A DNA stretch of 46,149 nt from an uncultured Erysipelotrichaceae bacterium (GTDB lineage Bacteria > Bacillota_I > Bacilli_A > RFN20 > CAG-449), in assembly GCA_964456095.1 (NCBI GenBank), contig CAYVZF010000004.1:1-46149 (forward strand). Reading direction: 5' to 3'. Below, one piece after another: positions 1-9,360 of this stretch. Positions within the stretch are counted from its first letter, which is position 1, and every line of letters begins with the position of its first letter. Both the position numbers and the translations under genes were made by a program. The notes beneath the pieces were generated by a model, which made no database searches, was not told the origin of the DNA, and saw only the letters and a program-made list of their open reading frames with translations.

Positions 1-1
1 A

Positions 2-77
2 TGGTGGAGCAAACGGGGATCGAACCCGCCACCTATTCGTTGCGAACGAATCGCTCTGCCAAATGAGCTATTGCCCC
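2..77 (-). tRNA. tRNA-Ala (anticodon CGC)
   Basis: Reverse complement folds as a cloverleaf: GGGGCAA/TTGCTCC acceptor stem with the G3:U70 Ala determinant, anticodon loop TT-CGC-AA, TTCGATC T-loop, A73 and encoded CCA. Confidence 0.96.
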
Positions 78-99
78 ATAAATAGTATTTTTTAAAATA

Positions 100-828
100 C
101 TATTTAGATTCTACTACAATTTTTAACAAAAATATATTATTTTTTTCATTAACTGCTTTAAAATAATACACATTATCGATTTTTTTATAATAAATAATTA
201 AGGAATCATCTTCATGTAATTCATGCACATAATTAATTTCTAAATATGAAATTTTCATACTTTCTTCTAATTTTATAAGATTTAATGCATATTTAACATA
301 ATTAACATTATTAACATGCCTGTTATGATCGATATCAAGATATTGAATATCCACTTTATGGCCTTCAAGTGAAGATATATCAAAATCCTCAAGTCTATCA
401 AAAGGAGTATCAAATGTTGATTCATCAAGGCAATCACCAAACGGATATTCATAATTTCTTGGAAGAACGAGAGTTCTCTTTTTCATATCAACAATAGCCC
501 ATTTTGATTGCATTTTACAAACAATATCGCCAGTTTCATTAGTAATCAAAGTATCTCTATCAAAATCAATTCTTCCTCTTTTTCTTGGCCATGTTTTAAC
601 ATTTAAAAACGCATGAAATTCAGGATTTGCATACATTTCATAACGAGTACGAAGTAAAACCCATATACAATCATTCTTTTTAAAATCTTCATAACCAACA
701 TGGAATTCACTAGCGTGTTTCCCCGCAACATCTTGTGCTAAATCAAGAAGTGCAAGTGGAGTTATTCTATCATATTTATCAAAGTCTGATGCTCTTAAAC
801 GAAATTTTTCTTCGTAAATGTTTTTCAT
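100..828 (-). CDS. Acyl-ACP thioesterase (FatA/FatB-like double hotdog)
   Basis: 242 aa; DIDHNRHVNNVNY catalytic motif and N-terminal LRASDFD / TWP motifs. Confidence 0.9.
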   Translation of the reverse strand: MKNIYEEKFRLRASDFDKYDRITPLALLDLAQDVAGKHASEFHVGYEDFKKNDCIWVLLRTRYEMYANPEFHAFLNVKTWPRKRGRIDFDRDTLITNETGDIVCKMQSKWAIVDMKKRTLVLPRNYEYPFGDCLDESTFDTPFDRLEDFDISSLEGHKVDIQYLDIDHNRHVNNVNYVKYALNLIKLEESMKISYLEINYVHELHEDDSLIIYYKKIDNVYYFKAVNEKNNIFLLKIVVESK

Positions 829-1466
829 TAAAGTTTTCTCCTCAACTTAATAAGAAGTGGAATAGCTAATCCACCTAAAATATTGCCGAGTAAAGAAACA
901 AATAATTTTCCTACTAATTCCCAACTTAAACCTTTATAAGCAAAAACAAAGAATGTACTATATGTAAATAACGAATTACCAGTATATGCCACTAAACCAC
1001 AGCATAAAAATAATACTAAAAACTTAGCAATTGGTTGTTCTGCTTTTTTATATGTGTTAACTCCAAAATAAATTATTATTCCAGCAAATAAACCATAAAG
1101 AAGATTTAATAAGTAATTAGGGTTTATCATATAATCATTTATTAAATTATTTAGACTTAAATCACCATCAGTAATTGAAAATCTACATATTAATGCAATA
1201 ATTATTGTACCAATAAAATTACCAAGAAAAGAAACTATAGTTTCTAAAATAGTTTGTCCATTATTTTCTAATACATATGGAATCTTTAATGAAAATACAT
1301 CATATCCATATAATAAACAAATAAGCATACCTAATCCCAAAAATAATGATTTTAAAACACCTGTTCCACAAATAACAAATCCTAATCCACATAATCCAAT
1401 AATAATACCTGCAATAAATGAATTAATTAATGTTTTTAATAATTGAAAAATAATTTTCTTAGCCAT
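828..1466 (-). CDS. Formate/nitrite transporter (FNT) family-like membrane protein
   Basis: About 6 TM segments with AGIIIG, GNFIG and GNILGG motifs; divergent. Confidence 0.7.
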   Translation of the reverse strand: MAKKIIFQLLKTLINSFIAGIIIGLCGLGFVICGTGVLKSLFLGLGMLICLLYGYDVFSLKIPYVLENNGQTILETIVSFLGNFIGTIIIALICRFSITDGDLSLNNLINDYMINPNYLLNLLYGLFAGIIIYFGVNTYKKAEQPIAKFLVLFLCCGLVAYTGNSLFTYSTFFVFAYKGLSWELVGKLFVSLLGNILGGLAIPLLIKLRRKL

Positions 1467-1571
1467 AAAAGTCTCCTTTTCATTTGAACAAATTAATTAT
1501 AATTAATCATATTTATTTTTTCTATGATTTATTAAAAGTATGTAGTAAAATTATTTTTGGAAGTGATTAAA

Positions 1572-2291
1572 ATGGAAATTAAAACATATAAAAAAGATTC
1601 TTTCTACTCATATACTCTAGGCGCATTCCCTACACTTGAACTTATAAAAAATCATAAAGAATCAGTTTTAAAAGTAATTGTACACTCTTCATTTACTAAC
1701 GAAGAAGTATTAGAACAAATAAAAAACAATTCATCAACGTATGAAGTAACTATTAATGATAAACTAATTTCAAAACTATCAAATAAAGACAATTGCTATG
1801 TAATTGGAATATTTAAAAAATACTATTCAAAATTAAATCCAAATGAAAATCACCTTTTACTAGTTAATCCTATGAATATGGGAAATTTTGGAACCATTAT
1901 AAGAAGCGCTCTTGGATTTTCAATTAATAATATTGCTGTTATTGCACCTTGTATTGATATTTTTGATCCTAAAGTATTAAGGGCTGCCATGGGAAGTTTC
2001 TTTTCACTTAACATAAAAATATATCATTCACTCGAAGAATATACGAATGAATTCCCAAATCATAGAATTCATTCATTTATGCTTCAAGCAAATAATTCCT
2101 TACAAGATTTTAAATTTCAAAAAGATAGATTAATCACATTAGCATTTGGCAATGAATCATCAGGACTAGATATATCATATTTAAACGATGATTCAATTAT
2201 AATAAAGCACAACAATAAAATTGATTCATTAAATTTACCAAGCGCTGTTGGAATAGCATTATATGAATTTAACAAACAAATAAGTAAGTAA
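1572..2291 (+). CDS. TrmH/SpoU family RNA methyltransferase
   Basis: NMGNFGTIIRSA, FGNESSGL and DSLNL SPOUT motifs; ATG 1572 preferred over TTG 1557. Confidence 0.9.
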   Translation: MEIKTYKKDSFYSYTLGAFPTLELIKNHKESVLKVIVHSSFTNEEVLEQIKNNSSTYEVTINDKLISKLSNKDNCYVIGIFKKYYSKLNPNENHLLLVNPMNMGNFGTIIRSALGFSINNIAVIAPCIDIFDPKVLRAAMGSFFSLNIKIYHSLEEYTNEFPNHRIHSFMLQANNSLQDFKFQKDRLITLAFGNESSGLDISYLNDDSIIIKHNNKIDSLNLPSAVGIALYEFNKQISK

Positions 2292-2292
2292 A

Positions 2293-2338
2293 TAAAAATA
2301 CTATTTTTCTTTATCCAATTCGAAAAATAGTATTTTTT
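2293..2338. terminator. Bidirectional intrinsic terminator
   Basis: AAAAATACTATTTTTC...GAAAAATAGTATTTTTT inverted repeat between convergent genes. Confidence 0.6.
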
Positions 2339-2353
2339 AATAATTAAATTGTT

Positions 2354-2983
2354 TTATTCTTCTATTCCATATTCTAAAAAAGTAACAACTCTTTCATACG
2401 AAAATTCATCTTTACAAACAAATATCAATTTATCATTAGCATTTAAAGGAATATCAGGCCCAGGGCTTACTAACAACATACCATTGTCTCTTTTAATTGC
2501 CACAACAGTGGCTTCTGTATAATTCCAAAAGTTTACTTCACCAAGAGTCTTATCAATTATCCATGAATTGTTATCAACAATTATTTCAGAAAAATTAATT
2601 GCTTCATTTGTTTGAAATTTATAATCATTAATGAAATCACTAATTGCGTTGTTTAATTCCTTTTGTTTATTTTTAATATCATTCATCAACTTAGAGATAT
2701 TATCTTTTTTTTCATTTAATTCAATTTTACTTTGAAATGTTTGTAAATATTGTTGAGCTTTTAATTTAGAATCAACAAAAACACCAACACCATGTTTAAC
2801 ATATAATATTTTTTCTTTCGCTAATAATTCAACCGCTTTTCTAATAGTTTCAGGTGATACATTATACATTGAAGCAAGTAAGGATCTACCTTTTAAAATA
2901 CTTCCTTCAGGAAATTCATCTGATATTATTTTCAAAGCAATATCTTTTGAAATCTTTACATATCTAGCATTTTCATCTTTCAT
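2354..2983 (-). CDS. BusR-like regulator (GntR wHTH + coiled coil + TrkA-C/RCK_C)
   Basis: N-terminal VSPETIRKAV wHTH, central coiled coil, C-terminal FWNYTEATVVAI..SPGP RCK_C; ATG 2983 has a GGAGG RBS. Confidence 0.8.
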   Translation of the reverse strand: MKDENARYVKISKDIALKIISDEFPEGSILKGRSLLASMYNVSPETIRKAVELLAKEKILYVKHGVGVFVDSKLKAQQYLQTFQSKIELNEKKDNISKLMNDIKNKQKELNNAISDFINDYKFQTNEAINFSEIIVDNNSWIIDKTLGEVNFWNYTEATVVAIKRDNGMLLVSPGPDIPLNANDKLIFVCKDEFSYERVVTFLEYGIEE

Positions 2984-3071
2984 AATATATCCTCCATTCA
3001 AACAATTGATTAACATTGATCTAAAAATATGTTATCATAATAACAATATTTTTTCAAAGAGTAGAAATGCA

Positions 3072-3089
3072 CATCATTTTAAAATGATG
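3072..3089. promoter_or_regulatory. Perfect 18-bp palindrome, candidate operator
   Basis: CATCATTTTAAAATGATG in the divergent intergenic region, with imperfect TAGAA/TTCTA flanks. Confidence 0.45.
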
Positions 3090-3154
3090 CAACTTCTATT
3101 TTATTTGCAAATACATATAAAACGTGATATCTTAATTAAGAAAGGAATTTAAAA

Positions 3155-4234
3155 ATGGAAACGTTAAAATTTATATTAAAATCTCTATTTTCAAATGGTG
3201 AAGTTGCTACAAAAGGCAAAAAACAAAAATGGATTTTAACATTTATAATAATGTTAGTATCACTCATTTTAGCGATTTTACCTTCTACTATAACCGAATT
3301 AAAAACAAATGGTAGCAATTATATATCAAATTATGAAAGTTATTATGTAAGTGATGGATTAGTAAACTTCTCTAATCAATATTTAAAAGATGGTAAGATA
3401 GTATTAAAAATAAATGAAAGTAATGAATTAGATGTATCTAAATCATTCGATAGTTTAGAAAACAAAGAAACTGCTAGTTTTAAATTTGATGATAAAGAAG
3501 AAAATGTTTCATATGTCAATGTAAAAAGCACTAACAATGAGACAATTTTAGTTGTATCATATATTGACAAAAAAATGGACGATTCTACTTCTTATATTGA
3601 ATCATTAGAAAAAGCAATTTATCTTAACAATAAAGTAATTAAAACTGAAAATGAAAAAGAAACCGCAAGTGCAAAAGTAACAAATTCATTGTTTTTCTTC
3701 AAAGATGGACTAAAACTAAATATTGTTAAACCTAACACAAGCGTTGATTTTACTAAAAACGAAACAACAAATGAATATGAATATACTGGAAGTGTTCAAT
3801 CTTATACATCAGTAAAAGGCACTTACCGCGGTATTTCGACTTATAAAAACTTATCAGAATTATATATGAATAACATCAATGATACAGAAAATCATTGGAA
3901 AACATTCTTTAATGAAGCATATAAGCCATTAAAAAAAGACAGAATAATTTCTGTTACAGTATTGTACTTAGCACTTGATGTTGTTGCAGTAGTAGTTATG
4001 ATATTTACAACATTTATTATGTCTCGCTTCAAGAGTTCATTATGTGACAAGTTATCAATTGGTGACGCATTTAAATATGTCGTATTCTTATCACTAACCC
4101 CAGGCATTCTTGCATTTATTGTTGGATATATAATGCCAACATTCGCACCAGTTTCATTCTTCACATTCTTAGCATTTAGATGTATTTTCTTTAATACAAA
4201 ACTAACTCGTGGAGACTTCAATCAAACTAAATAA
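3155..4234 (+). CDS. Membrane protein, DUF1189/MalA-like topology
   Basis: One N-terminal TM, a large extracellular domain and 3 C-terminal TMs; AGAAAGGA RBS. Confidence 0.5.
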   Translation: METLKFILKSLFSNGEVATKGKKQKWILTFIIMLVSLILAILPSTITELKTNGSNYISNYESYYVSDGLVNFSNQYLKDGKIVLKINESNELDVSKSFDSLENKETASFKFDDKEENVSYVNVKSTNNETILVVSYIDKKMDDSTSYIESLEKAIYLNNKVIKTENEKETASAKVTNSLFFFKDGLKLNIVKPNTSVDFTKNETTNEYEYTGSVQSYTSVKGTYRGISTYKNLSELYMNNINDTENHWKTFFNEAYKPLKKDRIISVTVLYLALDVVAVVVMIFTTFIMSRFKSSLCDKLSIGDAFKYVVFLSLTPGILAFIVGYIMPTFAPVSFFTFLAFRCIFFNTKLTRGDFNQTK

Positions 4235-4239
4235 TTATT

Positions 4240-4264
4240 AAGGTAGGTTAAGTCCTACCTTTTT
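4240..4264 (+). terminator. Intrinsic terminator
   Basis: AAGGTAGG-ttaagt-CCTACCTT followed by a T-run. Confidence 0.75.
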
Positions 4265-4282
4265 ATTTCCCCATATTATTGT

Positions 4283-4317
4283 TAAAAAAAACGACTGAAC
4301 TAATTCAGTCATTTTTT
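4283..4317 (-). terminator. Intrinsic terminator for the ugd-like gene
   Basis: A-run, GACTGAA-ctaa-TTCAGTC, T-run. Confidence 0.7.
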
Positions 4318-4323
4318 ATACTC

Positions 4324-5631
4324 TTAATTACTTTTACGATTTCTCTTACCAACCGCATAATACATAACATCTTTTAATTGATAAGGATTTAATACACCTT
4401 TGCCATCAAATACAATTGGTTTTTTCATATATTCTATAAATTGTTCATTAGTTAATTTTTTAAATTCTTCTGATTCATTTAAAAATATTGCAACATCACA
4501 AGTCTTTAATGCTTCATCTAATGTATTTGCATAAGCTATATGTTGATCAGATTTCATTCTCTTTCTAAATGTTGAAGTAGAAATAGGATCATAAGCAATG
4601 ATTCTACTATCTTCTTTTAATAATTCATCAATTACTTTAAACGCAGGTGATTGACGAATATCATCAGTATTACCTTTATATGATAAGCCTAACACAGCAA
4701 AACGTTTATCTGATAGATTTTCCCCTAAAACTTTTTTAATTTTTTGAATGATTTTTGATGGTCTTCTATCATTAACTCTCATCGCAGCATCTAAAACAGA
4801 AAGATTAACATTATGTTCACTTGCCATATTTAATAAAACTTTTGTATCTTGTGGGATTGATGGTCCACCAAAGCCAACTCCAGAATATAAATACTTACCA
4901 CCAATTCTAGGATCTAATCCAATACCATAACTAACTTCTTGAATATCTGCGCCTATATTATCACATAAATCTGCGATTTCATTGATATATGATAATTTAA
5001 TTGCCAAATATGCATTTGAAGCATATTTAATTAATTCTGCACTTTCAGGAGAAACAACTAAAATTGGACAATCAAAATTTTTATATAATTCTTTAATTGA
5101 GTTTTGTGCTTCTTTAGTAGTAAGTCCAGCGACGATTCTAGAAGGCATTAACATATCTTTCATCGCGGTTCCTTGAGAACAAAAATCAGGATTTGATACT
5201 ACATCTATTCTATATTTATGACTTGTTAATGTTTCTAAATATTCTTTTGCTTCATAACACGTTCCAACAGGAACTGTTGATCTAATTACAAAAGTAACAT
5301 CATTTTGAATATGTTTTGAACATTCTTTTAATGTTGTATAGAATCCAACTAAATCGCATACTCCATTTTCTTTTTCATTTATTTCATTACATATAACAAC
5401 AATATCAGCACCAAAAATTGCATCACGAAATTCAGATGTAAATCTAATTCTATCACCATATTTTTCTAAATATTCAGGTAGTTTATTTTCAACAATATTT
5501 GTTTCTCCTTTTCTTAAAGCTGCAATTTTTTTCTTATCAGAATCTAAGGCAAATACTGAATGTCCTTTGATTGTAAATCCAAGAGCATTAACAAGCCCAA
5601 TAAATCCAATTCCAACAATTGTAATTTTCAT
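4324..5631 (-). CDS. UDP-glucose/GDP-mannose dehydrogenase family protein (catalytic Cys replaced by Ser)
   Basis: GIGFIG Rossmann motif, STVPVG, SAELIKYASNA and LGLSYKGNTDDIRQSP; GFGGPSIPQD in place of GFGGSCFPKD. Confidence 0.88.
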   Translation of the reverse strand: MKITIVGIGFIGLVNALGFTIKGHSVFALDSDKKKIAALRKGETNIVENKLPEYLEKYGDRIRFTSEFRDAIFGADIVVICNEINEKENGVCDLVGFYTTLKECSKHIQNDVTFVIRSTVPVGTCYEAKEYLETLTSHKYRIDVVSNPDFCSQGTAMKDMLMPSRIVAGLTTKEAQNSIKELYKNFDCPILVVSPESAELIKYASNAYLAIKLSYINEIADLCDNIGADIQEVSYGIGLDPRIGGKYLYSGVGFGGPSIPQDTKVLLNMASEHNVNLSVLDAAMRVNDRRPSKIIQKIKKVLGENLSDKRFAVLGLSYKGNTDDIRQSPAFKVIDELLKEDSRIIAYDPISTSTFRKRMKSDQHIAYANTLDEALKTCDVAIFLNESEEFKKLTNEQFIEYMKKPIVFDGKGVLNPYQLKDVMYYAVGKRNRKSN

Positions 5632-5742
5632 TTAATACACCTCTCACTATTCAATTCATATTTTACACGAAATTCAAAAAATAAGCAAGATACGATATCT
5701 TGCATGACTTGTGTTGTTTATATTAATATAAACAAAAATGTT

Positions 5743-6654
5743 TTATTTTTGTTCAATATATTTAAGTATATCGTTATAAACTTCTTCTTTCCCTATTTCA
5801 TTTAGAAGCTCATGTCTCATATTTTTATAAACTTTCATTTCTACTTCTATTCCCATTTTAGTATAGATGTTATGTAGCTTATGTATTCCTTTACCATAAG
5901 CAGTAACTGGATCTTTATCTCCTCCTAAAATCATTATAGGAACATTTCTAGCAGTATGTCCTCTTTCTTCATAATTATTAAGCTTTGTTAAATATGAAAA
6001 GAAAGAACAGAAAAAACCTAACGAAGGAACAAATCCACATAAAGGATCAGTCACATAATTTGTTTGTATTTCTTTATCAGAACTTAGCCAGGCAAATTGA
6101 GTGTATCTTTCATTCCTTTTTACTTTCTTATTGAAACTTCCAAATGCAATATTATTAACAAAATTGGCTTTTTTATCTATTTTTTTAATTTTAGAATTCA
6201 TATTAGCTACAAATTTACCTAAGCCAAAAGAAATTCTTGGTCCAGAAGTACCAGTTAAAATAACTTTATCAACCCATGGTGTATCACCATATTTTTCCAA
6301 ATAATATTGAACCATATATGAGCCCATAGAATGACCTAATAAATATATTGGTTTATCAGAAGCCACTAAATATGCAATTTCAAATCTAACATTATCAACG
6401 CACTTTTCAAATGTGTTACGTTCCCAAATACCTAAATCAGAATCAGCGTTTAATCCATGACCAATATGATCCAAAGAATATACATCATATCCTTTAGAAT
6501 TTAAAAACTTTGCAAATTTATCATATCTAGCACTATGTTCTGCCATACCATGAACTAATACAACATTCCCACGAGATTCAATATCGCTTTTCCAATAGTA
6601 TCCTAATTTGTATGTTTTATCACTTGTTAATATTTTAAATATTTTAGCTTCCAT
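5743..6654 (-). CDS. Alpha/beta hydrolase (lysophospholipase/monoacylglycerol lipase family)
   Basis: HGMAEH, GHSMG nucleophile elbow, DPV and RHELLNE; ATG 6654 with a GGAG RBS. Confidence 0.9.
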   Translation of the reverse strand: MEAKIFKILTSDKTYKLGYYWKSDIESRGNVVLVHGMAEHSARYDKFAKFLNSKGYDVYSLDHIGHGLNADSDLGIWERNTFEKCVDNVRFEIAYLVASDKPIYLLGHSMGSYMVQYYLEKYGDTPWVDKVILTGTSGPRISFGLGKFVANMNSKIKKIDKKANFVNNIAFGSFNKKVKRNERYTQFAWLSSDKEIQTNYVTDPLCGFVPSLGFFCSFFSYLTKLNNYEERGHTARNVPIMILGGDKDPVTAYGKGIHKLHNIYTKMGIEVEMKVYKNMRHELLNEIGKEEVYNDILKYIEQK

Positions 6655-6658
6655 ATCT

Positions 6659-7012
6659 TTAATCTCCGTAATCTGAACCTCTTGATTTATTATCAACATA
6701 AATTTGCAACTTATCTAAAACATCATAAATTGTTAAAATAATTGCATCTTTATTTTTTGTTAATGGTTCACTTTCATATTCTTCATCCATACCAGTAAAA
6801 ATAACTAATTTATTCTTCTTTACAATTCTTTCCATTTCTTCTAGTATTATTTCTTTTTTATTAGGGAATTGTAAAAAAGAGGCACTTAAATATGAATAAA
6901 AAATTGGTTCTATATAAAATCTTGATTCATCTTCATATTCGTATAATGCTGAAAACGGATTCGTTTTATCCTCTATTACTTTTAAATTTTTCCATTCATC
7001 ATATTTTTTCAT
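6659..7012 (-). CDS. Hypothetical protein
   Basis: 117-aa ORF overlapping the upstream gene, in operon context. Confidence 0.65.
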   Translation of the reverse strand: MKKYDEWKNLKVIEDKTNPFSALYEYEDESRFYIEPIFYSYLSASFLQFPNKKEIILEEMERIVKKNKLVIFTGMDEEYESEPLTKNKDAIILTIYDVLDKLQIYVDNKSRGSDYGD

Positions 7013-7562
7013 AGTTTTTACTCTCGCTTTCTATAAATTTCAAACACTTATTTTTTATCTCATCCGAATTAATTGATGAAATATTTATTTCCATATGCTT
7101 TAAACAATGCTCAAGAGATGATTTTGCCAAATCATAAGCGATTTGAGCATCAGAAACTAAATTCTTATTACCATTTTCAATTAATTCTTGAGCTAATACC
7201 ATTATACTTTTTGCTTCTAAATATAATTTTTTAGGAACTAAAAATGCCTCTAAAGCACACTCGCTAATTTTATTATTGTCTTTTGTACTGTATGCTTTCA
7301 TTAAATTTGAAAAAGATGAAGCATCTTCATCAATTAATTTATGACACTTCTCTTTGATGTCTTCTAATATATCAATTACCTCTAGTGCTCTTTCATTATA
7401 TTCTTCATATCCTTTTTTATTTAAAGTGAATCTTGCTACCATTAATAATAAAGATGCACTTAATTCATTAACAAGTGCTAAAACACTTCCTCCACCTGGA
7501 ACAGATGATTTTTCAGAAACATTATTAACATATTCAAGAATTGTTTTTTCATTATAATTCAT
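6999..7562 (-). CDS. Cyclodeaminase/cyclohydrolase (FTCD_C; FchA-like)
   Basis: PGGGS, LIDEDASSF and GNKNLVSDA motifs; AGGAG RBS. Confidence 0.88.
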   Translation of the reverse strand: MNYNEKTILEYVNNVSEKSSVPGGGSVLALVNELSASLLLMVARFTLNKKGYEEYNERALEVIDILEDIKEKCHKLIDEDASSFSNLMKAYSTKDNNKISECALEAFLVPKKLYLEAKSIMVLAQELIENGNKNLVSDAQIAYDLAKSSLEHCLKHMEINISSINSDEIKNKCLKFIESESKNYEKI

Positions 7563-7737
7563 TAGTTTTTCTCCTAATTAGATAGTAGCACATTTAAAAA
7601 CAAAAATTAAACAGTGAACCAACAATAGTATTTTATACTATTTAATACATTTTTTTAACAAAAATATCATTCTTTATTGTAGTAATTTTTCTTCTATGAT
7701 ATATTTAATAAGAAATCTTATTCGTAGGAGGTTTGAT

Positions 7738-8199
7738 ATGAAAAAACGTAGTTCTTTTGCTATTATACTTACCGCAATCGGGGTATTAGCGTTATTATCA
7801 TTTTGGTTTTTAAGTGTAGGTAATGTTCACATTTCTGGTGGAAAGAATACTTTTGTTTTAGGCTTTTGTTCAGTATGGGGCATCGATACAAAAGGTATTA
7901 TTTTAGATGGAGTTAACTGGTGGGGAATCGCAGCTTCTAGTTGCATTGTTCTTGCTACATTAATCGACGGTTTATTAGTAAACAAAAATAGAAATTGGTA
8001 TTATGTTTCAACATTTTTTGCAATATGTGCTGCATTAATTGTATTCTTATATCACAAAAATATGTTATTAACTAATGATGCTGCAACAATTAGAGGTGTT
8101 TGGCATATTGGTGCTGGTCAAATTGTTTCAGGTAGTTTAATTTCAATTATGGCTATTGGTAATGTTTTTGCAGCATACCAAGATAAACAAACTGCTTAA
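7738..8199 (+). CDS. Hypothetical membrane protein (about 4 TM)
   Basis: AGGAGG RBS before ATG 7738; four hydrophobic segments; followed by a hairpin and T-run. Confidence 0.75.
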   Translation: MKKRSSFAIILTAIGVLALLSFWFLSVGNVHISGGKNTFVLGFCSVWGIDTKGIILDGVNWWGIAASSCIVLATLIDGLLVNKNRNWYYVSTFFAICAALIVFLYHKNMLLTNDAATIRGVWHIGAGQIVSGSLISIMAIGNVFAAYQDKQTA

Positions 8200-8324
8200 A
8201 TTATTAAAAATATTATAAAAATAAAACACTTTACTTATGTAACTAAATATGTTGTAAAGTGTTTTTTTATTACCCTTTAAGTGGAATTAAACTTTTTTCT
8301 TATAATTTTTTTTAAACTATTTAT

Positions 8325-8735
8325 TTATATTAGTTCAATATTTTTTATCACATTTTCTAATGTTTTTTGTAAACAGTTAATCTTATTTTGAATATTATAT
8401 TTAGTCTTTTTTTCATCATTATTTGTTGATGAAAGATATTCAATATAATATGTTTTACAAATAGAAATATTATAATAACTTCTTTCTAAATATAATTGTT
8501 TAATTTTACATAACGACACATTATTAATATTATTTTTTGATAATAGTAATATAAATAATTCATTAAATCTATAAAGTAAATTCTTCGATAATTTTAAATA
8601 ATTTAAAGAATTACGTAAACAATTATTTGAATAATTCTTATTCTTTAAATAATTAATATCTTTAAAAATAGAGTTTAATTGTTCTTTACAAGAAGAAAGC
8701 AAAAATAAAATATAATTTATTCTTTTACTATTCAT
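8325..8735 (-). CDS. Hypothetical protein (N/K/L/Y-rich)
   Basis: 136-aa ORF overlapping the upstream stop; very AT-rich. Confidence 0.5.
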   Translation of the reverse strand: MNSKRINYILFLLSSCKEQLNSIFKDINYLKNKNYSNNCLRNSLNYLKLSKNLLYRFNELFILLLSKNNINNVSLCKIKQLYLERSYYNISICKTYYIEYLSSTNNDEKKTKYNIQNKINCLQKTLENVIKNIELI

Positions 8736-9360
8736 TTTGTATTAATTTATCTATAAATGAAAAGCTACTATTTGATAGTTTTTCATCTTCATCAATAAAA
8801 AGATTAATACTTCTAATATCTATTAATTTGCAATTAAAATACTCACTTACTTCATTTACTACTTCATAAAAATCATTAAGGGAATTATCAATTGATGATA
8901 TTTCGCCGTTTTGATAATTTAATGAATAATATGGAGATAATAATAATATTTTCCCATTATAAATATCTCTAATTTCTTCAACTAATAAGAAATAATAATA
9001 TGAAAATAATTCTTTTTGAGTATTTAACGCATCTTCATCTACTATGTTTTTATTGTCAACATTTTTAATACATCTTAAAAAATCATCATTACCAATTTGA
9101 ATATAAATGCAAGAAGCGTTTTTTATACAATCCGAAAGTTTTAAATCAGTATTTATATCTTTTGCATCTTTAATAATCATTGAATATAAATAAGATATGT
9201 ATCCATTTTTCATTACAAAAGTATTATTTATTAATTCATTTTTTTCTTTTAAATAACTAACATATCCGCATATATCACTTCCTAAAAACAATATTCCTTT
9301 TTCCTTTTTATTACAGCTTATCAAAGTAAAAAGCATTAAGATTATTAAAAATATTTTCAT
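8728..9360 (-). CDS. Lipoprotein, degenerate SGNH/GDSL-like
   Basis: Lipobox LISC; LFLGSD block I-like and IGNDD block III; no DxxH His. Confidence 0.6.
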   Translation of the reverse strand: MKIFLIILMLFTLISCNKKEKGILFLGSDICGYVSYLKEKNELINNTFVMKNGYISYLYSMIIKDAKDINTDLKLSDCIKNASCIYIQIGNDDFLRCIKNVDNKNIVDEDALNTQKELFSYYYFLLVEEIRDIYNGKILLLSPYYSLNYQNGEISSIDNSLNDFYEVVNEVSEYFNCKLIDIRSINLFIDEDEKLSNSSFSFIDKLIQNE

